NCBI RefSeq assembly: GCF_009834535.1
Contig: NC_045696.1
Span: 40,672,001 to 40,736,000, forward strand
Reading direction: 5' to 3'
From: Camelus ferus
Lineage: Eukaryota
Length of the DNA stretch: 64,000 nucleotides
In this document: one piece after another, positions 11,981 to 24,777 of the stretch
How the letters are laid out: each line of letters starts with the position of its first letter
How positions within the stretch are numbered: position 1 is the stretch's first letter
Translations under genes and position numbers: made by a program
Notes under the pieces: generated by a model
Told to the model about the DNA's origin: nothing
Databases searched by the model: none
What the model saw: only the letters and a program-made list of their open reading frames with translations

Positions 11981-13719
11981 CTGGAAGGGGTATAAGTGAG
12001 AGACACGGTCTTTACTTCTAAAGACATCATCTATTTTACCTTGACCACCTGTCAGTTGGTAAATTCAAACTAGGATTTCTAATCACTAAGAGTTCATGGG
12101 GGTATTATGACTATGCTTTACTATGTCTGCATGATTCAGAAATGCCTCCTACAGCTCTGTGAGGCTTTTTTCTTCCTCTGTTAATGAGAGTCAGTCACTT
12201 ATTTATAAAACCACTTAGAGAAATTTCGGTATGTTTTAGATGGCAATTACACTTTTTTCTCTCTCTCCAGGGGTCTCAATTGCAAAGAATTCTTATAGAA
12301 CTGAATTGTTTTGTTCATGTAGGCAGTCATTTGCCATGTGGTGAGCTTGAAAGCAGACTAAATAAATGGTTTCGATGGTGAAGTCACAGATAGTGGGGAT
12401 TAAAGCAAGGATAATGCAGAAGGCTGTGCTCCTTAACCTGAGACCAGACCAGCTCCTGAAATCCGGGGCACAGTGTGAAGATTTTTGTGTGGCATATTTA
12501 CAGCCAGTTGTTTCTTGTTTTCTCTTATGATATTCTGTTTCAAGAGAAATCTGTTTGTCTTCTTCAGAGAGACACCTGAAAATATGTCTGCCACACAGAT
12601 TTCCTGCTCAAGTGTGCTTTGTATATAGAAGAGCAAGCCTAGACTGAGATCAGGTTATCCATGACAGGGTCACCAGGATACACACTCCTGGGGCACCAGT
12701 CACATAAAATCCTTAGGAGCTTTGCACCGCAGGAGCCCTGCCTGTGTTTTCAAATCTCATTTGTGAAATAGAGACATTTCCAGTGCTTACAGTTGCCCTA
12801 GAGTAGGGGATTCTTATTCGGACTGATTTATACTGACCCTTCCACTTCCTTCTTGCCCTTTCTCAGCATTTTCACATTATTTGGGCCTCTTCTGTGGGGC
12901 AGGTAATAGTACAGAAGGAATGATACTCAAACCTTGGAAAGCTAGTAACTAAGACCCTGGTGAGGATTTTGAATGTAAGAAAGATGACGACTTTTGGAAT
13001 GTTTGTTGAATCCTTGGATCTGGTTTGTCCCATTTCTCCATTGGTATACATGACTGAGAACAGTGAGTGATTTGTGGATGAAATCTGACCTAAATTCACT
13101 TTATCTAAAATGCTTTCATATCATGTGAATTTTGCAGATATGTTATTTAAATATAAGTTTATTTAATGCCAGTATAAGCCTTTATGGGAGGGAGGAACAT
13201 CTAGAATTAACAAGATCATCTAGGCTATCCAAGTCAGTAGTATACTGGTTTTGGTTAATAAATTGATTAATGATAAACTAGTTTAAAAACTGTGTTCTAT
13301 GCTCTGAGTAGGTGATGAATAGTAATTTAAATACAATCACTGTTGTCTCTTCCAAAGCCTTAAGCCATGAGGGATGCTGTTTCAAAGAGGCTTCGTTGGC
13401 CACCTAGGCAGCCTCTAGGTTAATAAAATAGAGAAGCACTGTATAGAAGCACAACGTAGGAAATAGATACGATCAAAGCTGCCCCTACAACTCATCTGTG
13501 CCCTCGTGTCACTCCATATTCCAAAAACCCAAGTCACCTCCAAGGCCCCTTTCAGGCCCCTCCACAACGCAATTCAAACTCACAGGGGTCCTGGAAGGAT
13601 GGTAAGCTCTGAAGCCAAACAGATCCAGATCTACCACTAATGATGCAAATTTAGGAATAATTTCTTCATAAAATTCTGAAAGATTACATAGAGCCCATGT
13701 GAAAATCCAAGGCAGTCAG

Positions 13720-14130
13720 AGAAATGCATGTTTAATCAAAGAAGTATCATTTTTCACCTATCAAATTGGCAAAATTTTGTTTATGGTTGGTCATACCTGG
13801 CATTGACAAAAATACAAGGGAAATAGGTGCTCTTGCACACTGCTGTCAGGAGTGTAAATTACCTTTAAGGCAATTTTGCAGTGTTATCATAAACGCAGAT
13901 GGATGGATGAATGGGATGGATGGACAGACGGTCAAACAGACGGACAGACAGTTATCCACTTGAGTGTCTTTTGACCCAGTAGTTACACTTTAAGGTATTT
14001 ATCCCAAAGAAATCATAAGGGTCATGTATAAAGATTTAGCTACTAGGCTGTTTATCACATCACATTATTGTTTATAACACTGAAGACTGGAAGCAATTAG
14101 CATAGGACTGGAACTTTGTACTCATTGGAT
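13720..14130 (+). mobile_element. Old L1 (L1ME-like) ORF2 3' region
   Basis: tttttcacctatcaaattggcaaaa, cacactgctgtcaggagtgtaaatt, ttttgacccagtagttacactttaaggtatttatcccaaagaaat. Contains an internal GGAT/CAGA low-complexity tract (~13897-13950). Confidence 0.65.
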
Positions 14131-14347
14131 GAGTACTGATTCCCTCCTACCTACCTAGGAACCGTTACCCACTGCCACTCCCAGCACCATCCCTGCCTCA
14201 ATGCAACCAGTAAGAAAACCAAGGCTAAAAATATTAAGTAACTTTCCACAAAATCGAATAACCAAGATAAACAGCTGTGTTTCAGCCTTCTAAAGAATCC
14301 TATGCCACTGCTTTGCCTCTTTTCCTTAAAATCAAGACTGACTTGTG

Positions 14348-14664
14348 CAGGCCCATAATCCCTTATCCTCAATTCTGAAGTTCAAAAAGCCTCCAAAAGT
14401 GTGAGTTTTTAAGAAGATTTATACAAACTCATTTGACAACAAAACTGACCTGAACTGTCACAAGTCTAAGCAGAGTCTTTAATCATTGGCTGTGAATATT
14501 CATATATCTTACTGCAGGAATGTTGTTTGATTAGTGGGTTCTGCTCAAGAACCTGCTGGAAGTGTTGTATAATACATAATATACGTACTGTTTTACCTTT
14601 CTAGAATCTGAAAAATACTCAGATACATTTGGCCTAGGAATTTTTGATGAGGTATTTGAGCCTA
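14348..14664. mobile_element. Ancient TcMar-Tigger-type MITE (MamRep-like)
   Basis: Degenerate TIRs caggcccataatcccttatcc / gatgaggtatttgagccta. Internal aaactcatttgacaacaaaactgacctgaactg and gtgaatattcata blocks. Confidence 0.55.
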
Positions 14665-15254
14665 TAGCTTCTTCATCAAGGAGAAATTGACATATCTGTT
14701 CAAGGTTAAGTGAACAGTGCTTAGGATGTAGATTAATTTCTTGTTAACATTCCCAAGATGGAACCTAGTGGTTTATGTGATAGTGAATGTTTCTTTAGCC
14801 ACACTATTTTCTTAGCTGCCACAAGTATTTTGAGGCCAGTTATTAAATGTTCTCCTGAGGAGGGTTAGTTATGAGAAGAGAATTAACTTCATCTGGAAGA
14901 GACACATACAGTGCTCTTTTGAAGATAATGAGAAAACCATCCAGCTTTTAAAGATGACCTAGGCTATTAAGATGGGCATGTGGTTAGTTGGCATGTAAGG
15001 CCCATATTTTATGTTCCTGATTTTAATGCTCCTGTTTCCTGTTTGGACATTTCCAAGGAAACACTCGTCCCTGGACTGTGGGTGGCTAGGACAGCAGCAA
15101 AGATGAGCAGAGCTATCCCCTTCTTTGTGAACTTGCCACCATAAAGAGCACTGTTTGTCAGTGTTTTGGGTTCAGTGGAAAGAGTAAAGACTTTTCTTTC
15201 TTTGGATTCCTAAATTTATTAATCCAAGAAAGAAGGTTCAGCTCTTTCCGCCAT

Positions 15255-15273
15255 CACCCAGCAGGTGGCGCTG
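15255..15273 (+). promoter_or_regulatory. CTCF binding motif
   Basis: CACCCAGCAGGTGGCGCTG. Core CCAGCAGGTGGCGC (15258-15271) matches CCASYAGRKGGCRS without mismatch, lies in repeat-free DNA and retains its CpG. Confidence 0.7.
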
Positions 15274-15924
15274 TGAAATAGAAGGATCTGACAGTGCAGT
15301 GCGCTGCCTTTCTGCTCCACAAACCCAGTTACAACCTTAGAATGCACACACGTGATTTTGGCACTTAATAATGTATCAGTTGAAATGCTTGAAAGTCTCC
15401 TAAAGGTTCAGTGCCTCAAACAAGTTTTGTTTAATTTAGTTTCCAGTCTTCTGTAAAGCCCCTGCTTCCTTTAAGTTCAGCCATGTGAAGTACTCACACA
15501 GCGTGACTCTAGCCTTAGCTGAATCACTGAGGTCCTTTAAAAAGGTGCAATTCTGTTCCTGAATTTTTCCCATTTGTGGGAAAGGCCACACTCTCCTCTT
15601 CCAGGTGTAGACCTTATTACCCCTCCTGCTCGGGAAAGAATCCATTAACTACTTGAATGAATTAACTAATTGGTGTTACAGTCTTGCCTGAGCCAGTCAT
15701 TAGCTGCCTGCTCAGCTCCTCTACTTTAGGTTAGCAAGTGGTTAAGAGAAAGGGAGGAAAAGGCCTGTTGTATCTCCCAGACCTCTTTTTTTTTTCCTCT
15801 CTCTTCTGATGGTGGTATTTTGGAGTTCCAGTATAGCAGCCAATTGAATCAGTGTCACAGTCTAAAGACCAGTGGTTCCTTCAGGCTGCAGTCTCCTGGG
15901 GCACCAGACAGTTTATACTTATAA

Positions 15925-16056
15925 NNNNNNNNNNNNNNNNNNNNNNNNNNNNNNNNNNNNNNNNNNNNNNNNNNNNNNNNNNNNNNNNNNNNNNNNNNNN
16001 NNNNNNNNNNNNNNNNNNNNNNNNNNNNNNNNNNNNNNNNNNNNNNNNNNNNNNNN
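15925..16056. other. Assembly gap (132 N)
   Basis: Direct reading. Confidence 1.
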
Positions 16057-16718
16057 TCAGAATGGGTGGGGGGAGGGTAGTGGCAAACCAGTCCATTTGT
16101 GAGTGCGTAAGAAGTCATGGATTTGCTGTAAGACTGAGAGGTGGTATCTGCCCTGGACATGAGCTGTAGAGGGCTCTAAAGCTGTAAAATTCCAGCTCAT
16201 TTTGACAAACTTAAAAAAAAAAAAAAATCTGGTGTGATAGGGCATTTCAAGTCTATGGTACATTGGGAGATTTTTCTCATTTTTTTTCATTCTCATTTCA
16301 AACATAATTCTTAACTTTTTTGATACCCAAATAGAAAACTTACCCATTAAAAATTAACAGCATTTGATTACGGATACACACATGGCATTGCCATAAGGTA
16401 TACATAAAAGAGGCCATGGCTTTGGATAATTATTACCAAATGGCTAATGCTGGATGCTCTCTGCTCACCCCTGTTAAGGCTAGAGCTCAGACATGAATCT
16501 CATTAACGTGAGAAACATTGAATGGTGCTCTAGGATATTGATTGAAATTAGTTTTTGGCTGGAGTGAGGATGGGGAGCAGGGGATCATTGCTCCCCATGC
16601 AAATTTTTGAGGGAAGTTGGTCACCATAATACTAAAAGAATGTGATAAGAGTAAAACTGATAAGAGTCATCAGAAGTGATTGCTCTCCTATAAACAGTGA
16701 ATTAAAAATGTATTTTCA

Positions 16719-16802
16719 GGGAGTGGGTATAGCTCAGTAGTAGATCGTACACTTAGCATCCTGGGTTCAATCCCCAGTACCTCTATTAAAAAAAAAAATC
16801 TT
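16719..16802 (+). mobile_element. Camelid tRNA-derived SINE (Vic-1-like), internally deleted
   Basis: A-box tagctcagtag, B-box ggttcaatccc and an A-tail. 16-bp TSD taaaaatgtattttca (16703-16718) / taaaactgtattttca (16803-16818). Confidence 0.85.
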
Positions 16803-16854
16803 TAAAACTGTATTTTCACACTGGTACTGATTTTGAATACTCTGCTGTTTCTTA

Positions 16855-17008
16855 GGACTGGAATTTTAAATAATGTTGCTTTATTCTCGTAATCTAAGTG
16901 CATTGCAAGGTACATAACCTAAAGATCAATTGGATTGGAATTTCAAATAATGTTGCTTTATTCTTGTAACCTAAGTGCATTGCAAGGTATGTAACCTAAA
17001 GATCAATT
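16855..17008. repeat. Tandem duplication, 2 x 77 bp
   Basis: Units 16855-16931 and 16932-17008 are identical at 71 of 77 positions, with no indels. Confidence 0.95.
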
Positions 17009-20000
17009 GTGCCAATTTAAGAGAATATATGTGGTTGTAATGGTTGTAATAAGATGCTGCCCAAACCCATCAAAAGTTGCCTATGAGAAAAAATTTTAGA
17101 CCAGTAATATTGTGGTTTTCTCTGTGTGATTTTCCTTATTAAACTCTGTCCTATGTAATGCCCCCTTTTTTAACTTGAGACTTACGTTTGTTTTTAAAGA
17201 GAAACTACTCTTTTATTGGACTAATACTTCCAAACTTCCTTTTCATGTCAAGTCCTTATAATTGCCCCTGCTTCAGACATACCATTATTGATTTCTGTTG
17301 GGAAAGTGAGGGGGAAAATATATTTTATCCTGATTTTCTCTCACCTACTCCATCTTTTAATTAAGAGCCTGCACTTGTTATACAACTAGCTGGATATAAT
17401 GAAGAAACTTGTGGGTCCAGGGATCATGACCTCCCGTTCCCTGGAGGAGAACTATCTAAGAAGGGGTTCAGTCCCTGCCAAGACTGTCGGCCTCTCCCAT
17501 CTTGCTGTAGCCTGGCCCCTACCTGAGCAAAGCAGTCAGTGAATATTGTTTCCTCTTTCTAAACCTTCCCCACTTTCAAAGCATTCACTGAAACTTACTT
17601 GGAAGGAGGGACAGAGGAGGTTCAGAAAAGCCCAAGGAGTCTTCCTACTCCTGATTCTAGTCATAGCCCAGCCCCATCTTTGATATGCTGGAGGCTGACC
17701 CTGGACATAACTTTCTTGGTCCAGGCTCAAGCCTTCCTATTACTCTGCTTCAAAATTGCCCTATCCTGGCCAAGCCTCTTCTTCACCAAGTGATCCATGT
17801 CTGGCTTTCCCTCCTGATTCCAACTCTGGCCCTCTTCTTCCTGCCCTGGTCTCTTTTTCTATTAGCTATCATTGGCTTCTGGTTTCCTCCCAAAGAGAGT
17901 CTGTGTGACAACTTTCAATCTGGAGAGGTAATTAAAGCTCTCAAGGTTCTCACTCATTGAGGGCCCAACTGCATTATTTTCTAGGTGTGAGCCAATGATC
18001 TTATCAATCAAGGGATCCTGGAAAATTGCCTACTGGTTCCCCTACTAAATTAACAGCCAATGTTCACTTTAATATTCTAAGTGAAGAACAGGGTGCTTAC
18101 TGGGCAAGACCTCCAGTTTGATGCCTCTGTAGGTTTTGGCACCAGAAACACTTGAAGGACCCTTTCTAGTCATTTATTCTTCTTAAGCTTGCATCCCTTT
18201 TCTTTTAAAACCATAGAGTTCAGCAATACTTTTCTCCCCTCTGAGTGTCCACCTGATATTCTCACACACAGAAGTAGTGCTTTTCCTGTTTCCTTTCTGG
18301 GGACATTTTTCATACTGTGGTTCTCCCTTATTTCCTTTATTCAGTCTTGCATGTGAGTCAAAGCAAGTCGTCTTCCACAGTTAACTGCACGAAAAGGTCT
18401 GTGGGGGCTTTTTTTTTTTTTTTTTTTGCCTTCCCTCCTCCATGACTGGAAAATTTGAGGCAGATCCTGTTTATGTATGCCTTAACCTCAAAAGGAGCTG
18501 ATATGCTGTTGTCATTAAAGAAGAATCCAGAGCTGTTTATCCTGCAGAGGAGGACCAGAGCTCTAAATCAGAAAGCCCCCCGGGGCCCTCTGGGCAGACT
18601 GTGGAGAGCTCTCTGCTGCTCTCCCAAGGCTGCTCCAAAATGCAAGGCAAAGGTTTCTGCTACTGAATCTGCTCTCTGCACTCTGGGAATAGACAAGATG
18701 TCAGAGTTGTGCTTTTATGAGAAATCAAGGGCCTTCTTCCTTTGTGTGAATGTGTTCTTTGAAATCTGTTTTCCGGAGGCCTTTTGCACTCTCGAATGCA
18801 TGATCTTCCTTCTGCTATTTTCTCTACAGATCTTCTATCATGTTCTAGAAGTCTTTTCAAAGTCCATTCTATAGCCAGTAAGTTTGGCAAATTGTAATAA
18901 AATGAACTTTCTGTTTTCTGAAAACTATTAGAAACTGTGCTTTGGTAATACCTCTTTCTTTTAAAGGTCATCTCCCAATTTCCTTCTTTCTTTTTTTAAT
19001 CATCTCATTTTCTTTATATGTCATAGAATTTCATAATAATGGTGTTTTTATAAAGTGTATTTATATAAAGCTATTATATTTTCATGATTTATTTTATTAC
19101 TCAAGTTCTCTTTTGTTTTGGTTTGCCTTGGGGGGCAGACCCAGATTCCCATTATAAGGTGAGAAACTGTCAAAGGGAAAATGGCCAACCTGGAAACTCT
19201 CCCTGGCCAACTCTTGTTTAAAGAGGACATATCAATACAACATGATTGCTTTTCAAATAACAGACTCCTAATGAGATGGGAGAACTATCCAGGACATGCC
19301 AGTCACTGCCACAGAAATAGTTGTAGGGACAAGCCACAATCTGGTTCTCAGGCTTATGTCTTTCACCTGATAGAAGCAAAAGATTTATGATAATGAGACA
19401 GAGATTTTACAATTTTGGGTCCTCTTCTTTTTCTAAGTTCTCTTTCCATGGAAGCTTTATTATACTTTTAAAAATATTTTTTTCCTGATACTCAAAATAA
19501 AAGAAGACAAGTTAAAAGCCAGTATAAATCAGGGAATCTAAAAGATGGTGGAATTCTAAAGCTCTCCTGCAATTATGGGAATAGGAAGATGAGAGGTGGT
19601 TTGATTTCTTTAAAACTCTGACCAGTAGTTCTTGAGTTGTCAAAACAATAAATCTGTGAAAGTTTGCCAAACTATAAGGAAAACCTTTGAATACAGAATG
19701 TCACCTGGTTCTGTCTTTGTCTGTTTTAGATGGCACTTTGTATTTAGAACTAATCTAGGGTTTGGAGAGTAGACCCTCATTGTGCCATCCCTGTGTGGTG
19801 ATGCAGAGGGAACATTTTCCTTTACCCATCTCATGTTCATCTCTTTCAAGATGAATTTGGACAAGGCCCATGGGATTAAGCCAAACCCACTTATTAAATT
19901 AGGTTCCTTTAGGGCCAATTCCTCTCAGACTTTTTTCTTTGTGTGTGTTTTGGCAAGTGCCAGGGTGTTGTGGCAGGGGACAGTGGGGGAGAATTCACCA

Positions 20001-21861
20001 TGGAGTAGGTGGAAGGCCTTTCTGTTCAGGCTATGATTTAACTTCACATATGTAGATACCATATCATCCTCATAGAGACTAATTAGTCATTTGTGACTCC
20101 TGTTCCTGCCTGTTTGTTTTTTCTTTCTACCTCTTCCCCCAATCTTTGTTCTCTTTTCTTTCATCTCCTCTCCCTTGTTATTTGGAGCAACATCTAGAAT
20201 ATGAATTATAGTCTCAGAAAAATTGCATAATATGATTTTTAAAAAGGCAGTTTATATTGGGTAAAGTTTCACCCTAGGGTGATGGTAACAGCCTGGGACT
20301 AACTGGTGCCTGACCTTGGGCAGCTTACCTCTCTGGGCCTCTGTATTTCCTTATGAATAGGAAGAGGCCCTTAAACTCTGCAAGCTTCTCAGACCAACCC
20401 CCTTGGGTATTAGGATCCAGGAGGGCTGAGTAGGAGCTGAGAAATCTTCACTTTAAACAAGTTCTCCAGATAGTTCTCAGTTAGGTGGCCCTCAGACCTC
20501 ATTCTGAAGACCCTGAACTAGATCATCTCTTATTTTTCTTCTTTAAAATTCTGTGATCCTAGGTCTTCTTTCAGTTACATGGCTTTTGTGCAGGATTGAT
20601 AAATTCACTTTTTCATCTCCCATATGTATAACTAAAAAATATATTTGTTAATTATCTTGCCTGAAAAACCTTTAAAATGTAAGCAGTACTTTTGATCAAA
20701 GTTAATACCTCTTTTTGTCATTGCTTGGCAGAGTTTTTTCTATCTCATTTCTTTAATCCCTCATCATATACCTATTTCTGTTTTTTTTTTTTTTTTAAAT
20801 CCCCTCTAAAGATCTCTCAGGTGCTTTTCATCTTCCTGAAAGATTGTTTAAAGAAAAGCAGAAGTCAAGGTGCTCACACTCTTTACCCAAGAACTGAGTT
20901 CTTTTTACTAACCGTTCTTTTTAAAACCACCGTCAGCAGTTGCTGAGGCCCTCTGATGGGCAGCATGACATAAACTTTATCCTTTGCTATTTCTGTTACA
21001 TAGCAAAATCCCATCTATTCTGTGAGTTACAATATCTGTTCTGTGGGTTACAGTAACTATCTAGTTGCTCTTGACATGCATTTGAGGTTCTATCTACCAA
21101 ATGAATGTCTGTCTTCTGAGTTACATTTTCCTGGATGCTTGTACTTCATTGAATTTTGCCAGACTGAACTCATGGTGTACTTTACTCTCATATTTGTAGT
21201 CTCCACAGATCCATTAATATTGTTTGGCCTCACCTCTGTCTCCCCTACCATCTCCACATTTAGTGCCATCTGTGGAACTTACTAATGTAATGTTCACTCA
21301 AGCTTCCAGGCCACTAATAAAGTTATTAATGAGACCATTATGCAGCCTGGTCATTGTACAGACTTAGTGTTTTACAACTCTGCTGTTGTTTCTTGCCCAG
21401 CATTGTGTCCTCTACAGTTAAGGTAAAATACAAAGCACATTTTTCAGATTACAGTTCAGACAGGAGATGCCTCTTCCTAGAAGACACTTTGCTGTTCCAA
21501 ATGAGAAATCAAAGTCTCACTTACATAGGTGTCTCAGTACAAGGCTGGCTAGGGTATCCTTACATAAACTTGTCTACAAATTCTGGTTAGGTATCCCAAC
21601 ATCACAGACGGCTGTGTTTTGAAATTTGGGTTCTTTGAAAAAAGAGTGGATGCTGGGATAGCTCTTATTTGACGTGCGAAGACCTTGGAAAACCAGACAT
21701 TCATACGGCGTTCATAGATTAATAGGTTCACAGGAGCAAGTGGCAGCACACCATCGTGCAGAGACTCTGCCATTATCCTGTGAGCTCCCACACAGTGATA
21801 TATGATATTTTTTTAAGAAGCAGTCCCTGAGGAAATTACCAAAATTGTCTTTCTTTTACAG

Positions 21862-21939
21862 TCTGAGAAGCAGAAATGTTTGTACATTGCTAGAGTGCAG
21901 GACAGCAATCAGACTCAAAAATTGAAAGCAGTTAAAGAA
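21862..21939 (+). other. Candidate 78-nt cassette exon (unverified)
   Basis: Acceptor ttgtctttcttttacag|, donor gaa|gtaggt. Open in phase 0 (SEKQKCLYIARVQDSNQTQKLKAVKE); peptide not recognised. Confidence 0.2.
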
Positions 21940-22650
21940 GTAGGTGTTTCGCTACTGGACTATGGCTGGATTCATTTCAGCTTTCAAGGAGTTTAAAGCA
22001 TAAAAAGTTAATACAAGGCAGTTTGTATTTAAGATAAGGAGGATTTAGGCAAATGGAGAGGGAGAATAACATTCCAGGTAGATGAATTACAAGATAACCT
22101 TTATTCCCAAAACTTAGCTTGATATGTAAATAACACAGAATAAAATAAGTTTATTAAGAATAATGTGGGTTTTTTAAAATAATAAGGAATTATTAAAATA
22201 GAAGTTGGGGAAACCTGGTTTCATTTATTCAGACTCTAAATGTTAATAAAATGTTAGTAGTATAATGGCCAGCTAAAAGATTATTAATTATACTAGCAGT
22301 ATTGAGTTATTCTATTTATAACTTAGAAATGGGCTTTTTTAAGGATACTAATAAATACTGGTTTGCTAATTTCATCTCAGTAATTTAGAACCCAAACATT
22401 GTATTGGTGTTAATGTATTTAGTCCCACTTCTCAGTTGGAACTAAAGAAAGAGAACATACATGAAATTTTCATGTCTCAAAATATATTGGAGAGAAATTA
22501 AATGTTCACCAGAAATACAACCTTTAATATCACCCTGTTTGTATTTTAGCTAGCAGTTGATTAATCCAGAGCAAATATAGAAACTTTGTCTACATTTTTC
22601 TGTTTTAGTTTCAAGACTTAGAACAGTGACTAATGTAGTACATAATGGTT

Positions 22651-23091
22651 GTTTCAGTTCTCTATTGCTGCATAGCCAACCACTCCAAGTGGTTTAAAAA
22701 AGCAATTTCTAATTTGTTGACTGGGTTTAGCTAAGTGGCTCTTCTCCACATGGTGTGGCTGTGGTCTCTTGTAGCAGATTCAGCTGAGAGTTCGGCTGAG
22801 GCTGAAACATAGAAAATGACCCTCATCCTCCAAGGCCTCTCTCCAGGGTCTTCTCAGATAGAGAGCAGACTTCTTCATAGCATGGTGACTGGCCTCCAGG
22901 GGTGCAAAAGTGAAAGCTCAAAGCCAATTTAAAGCTAACTTACAGCCAGAAAGGGCTGAGGGTTGTTTCTGATACTTTCTGTTGGTCAGAGCAGTTATAC
23001 ATCGAGTCTAGATCCAAGGGGAAAGAAAATAGCCAACACCTCTTGATAGGATGAATGGCAAAGAATTTGTGGCCATCTTTAATTTACCATA
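22651..23091 (-). mobile_element. MaLR solo LTR (older MLT1, F/G/H-like) inserted in an L2 3' end
   Basis: gtttcagttctctattgctgcatagcc...ggcaaagaatttgtggccatctttaatttaccata. 5-bp TSD tggtt at 22646-22650 and 23092-23096. Confidence 0.75.
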
Positions 23092-23532
23092 TGGTTGCTT
23101 AGTAAATACTTGTTGTTGACTGACTGATTGTATAACTATTGCGTTTGAAGTTCTTTATGTCTTCGGTTGCATTTGAGCTGATATTTATGTTGTCACTTTC
23201 TAGAATAATTTATTTTGTGGTTCATGAAAAGTGACAAGAAATAAATATTTTATCATATCAGCAAGGTAGATTTTTTAAATTTTTGAATAGATACAGCCAA
23301 TGTCACTTCTGGTCATTAAAACTCTTTTATAAGAGTGTGGAAATGAGTCTTCCAAATTTTTCTGATTTTCTATTCATTTGGGGGTTCTACTATTTTATAT
23401 GAGATTATGTGACTTCCCAAAATATTAGCTAGCTATATTCATATTTCAACACATATATATTCTCTGATGAAGCTCAGAGTGAGATTACTGCTATTTTGCA
23501 ACTTCTCTGGCTCATACTCTTATAGTAACCTT

Positions 23533-23567
23533 AAAAAAAAAAAAGAAAGAAAGAAAGAAAAAGAAAA
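23533..23567. repeat. A12-(GAAA)n simple repeat
   Basis: Direct reading. Confidence 0.9.
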
Positions 23568-23949
23568 ACTCAAGGTTTGATATCCTCATTATTTAAAAAG
23601 AACTCACACAGAATAAAATGGATATGGATGTGGCTTTTTTTTTCCCCATTTTATTGCAAGTGTGATAAACCTCTGTATGGTATAATGTAATCTCCATCAA
23701 AGAGTCCCTTGATATGTTGAAAAACAGAGTAGAAGCTTGGAGCAGATGGAACAAATGTGAGAAATTGCATTAAAAAATTAATAGTCTCAACTTTGAGTCT
23801 TCCACAGTCTTTTTTAACGTTTACTCCATCCTTCTGCTGAAATAAGTTAGCCACTATTCTTAAAGCTCTTATAAGCTAGCTTAGAGGGGAAAAAAAATAT
23901 TTTTATGACTCTAGGGTTCTAACTCTCCCTAAGCTGATTATCCTTTTAT

Positions 23950-24112
23950 AGGGGGTTTCATAACAATCACTAGGGAACATGTTAAAATGCAAATTCCTAG
24001 AGGGACCCCTGGACAATCCCAATTCTATGGTGAGAGGTGGGGACCAGAAATATAAATTTAGTACTGAGGATAATGCAGATAGGATTAATCTGTGCACCAC
24101 ATTTTGAGAAAT
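23950..24112. mobile_element. MER5-family MITE
   Basis: atcactagggaacatgttaaaatgcaaattcc...ggtggggaccagaaat...ccacattttgagaa. Confidence 0.5.
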
Positions 24113-24739
24113 CCATCTTAAATTTCTTCCTACTAATTCTAGAAAGGCTGAAACTGGATGAGGTTTGAAAGATAGATGCCTTTCCCTGTCAAGAAGCAGT
24201 TGAGATGTCAGGAAGACATGGGTTTATGAATAATTAGAACTGGTGTCATTTCTTGGGCAAAATCAGCTAATTGTTTATTTGCATTGCAGCTGGAAAGTCT
24301 GTGAGAATAGATAAGGAATGGTATCATTTTTCACCAGTTATTACCCAAATAAGGCATGGACTGAATTTTCTTGCTTGGTCCTATTTTGGGATACATCTGT
24401 ATGCTCTCCTACCATGGTTACCAAACTAATCCACATGAAACTGGCTCATACTGAAAGTTTAGAATACAGTTTAGAGTTTAGAATACAGACTGATTTTTAG
24501 GTCTGTTTACAAAGGATAGACTCACATATTTCTGTCATTCTTCATTTATTTATTCAAGAAATGTCACTTGAGCATCTTGTGTGTGGAAGGCATTGGTTAG
24601 GTACTGTCAACGGCCAATGTTGAATTCATTAATCGTGCTGATATTCTAGCTCCTCATTTATTTGATGCTCCCTAGTTTTCGAAAACAGGTTGTGGGACTC
24701 CAGACTACTTCCTTAGTCCTTTCTCAAGATGGATCTTAC

Positions 24740-24777
24740 CTAAACTGTCCCGAGAGTCCTTCTTCCGCTCTTAACAT
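24740..24777 (-). other. Candidate ATG-bearing first-exon segment (MLRAEEGLSGQF + AG, phase-2 donor)
   Basis: Minus strand: gaaaATGTTAAGAGCGGAAGAAGGACTCTCGGGACAGTTTAG|gtaaga. Good donor and A at -3; product not recognised. Confidence 0.25.

Noticed and set aside
16066-16085. ggggggagggtagtgg resembling the start of a Vic-1 SINE next to the gap
   Set aside because: Similarity stops after ~11 nt; no A or B box follows.
15852-16169. ORFs spanning the N-run
   Set aside because: Artefacts of the assembly gap.
16719-16790. tRNA-like sequence (also at 30762-30835)
   Set aside because: SINE heads with A-tails and TSDs; they cannot form a complete cloverleaf.
16855-17008. Possible CRISPR-like or satellite array
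   Set aside because: Only two adjacent copies, no spacers, mammalian context.
18455-18971. 139-aa and 103-aa overlapping ORFs
   Set aside because: No known motif, composition follows T-rich DNA, and no convincing splice context.
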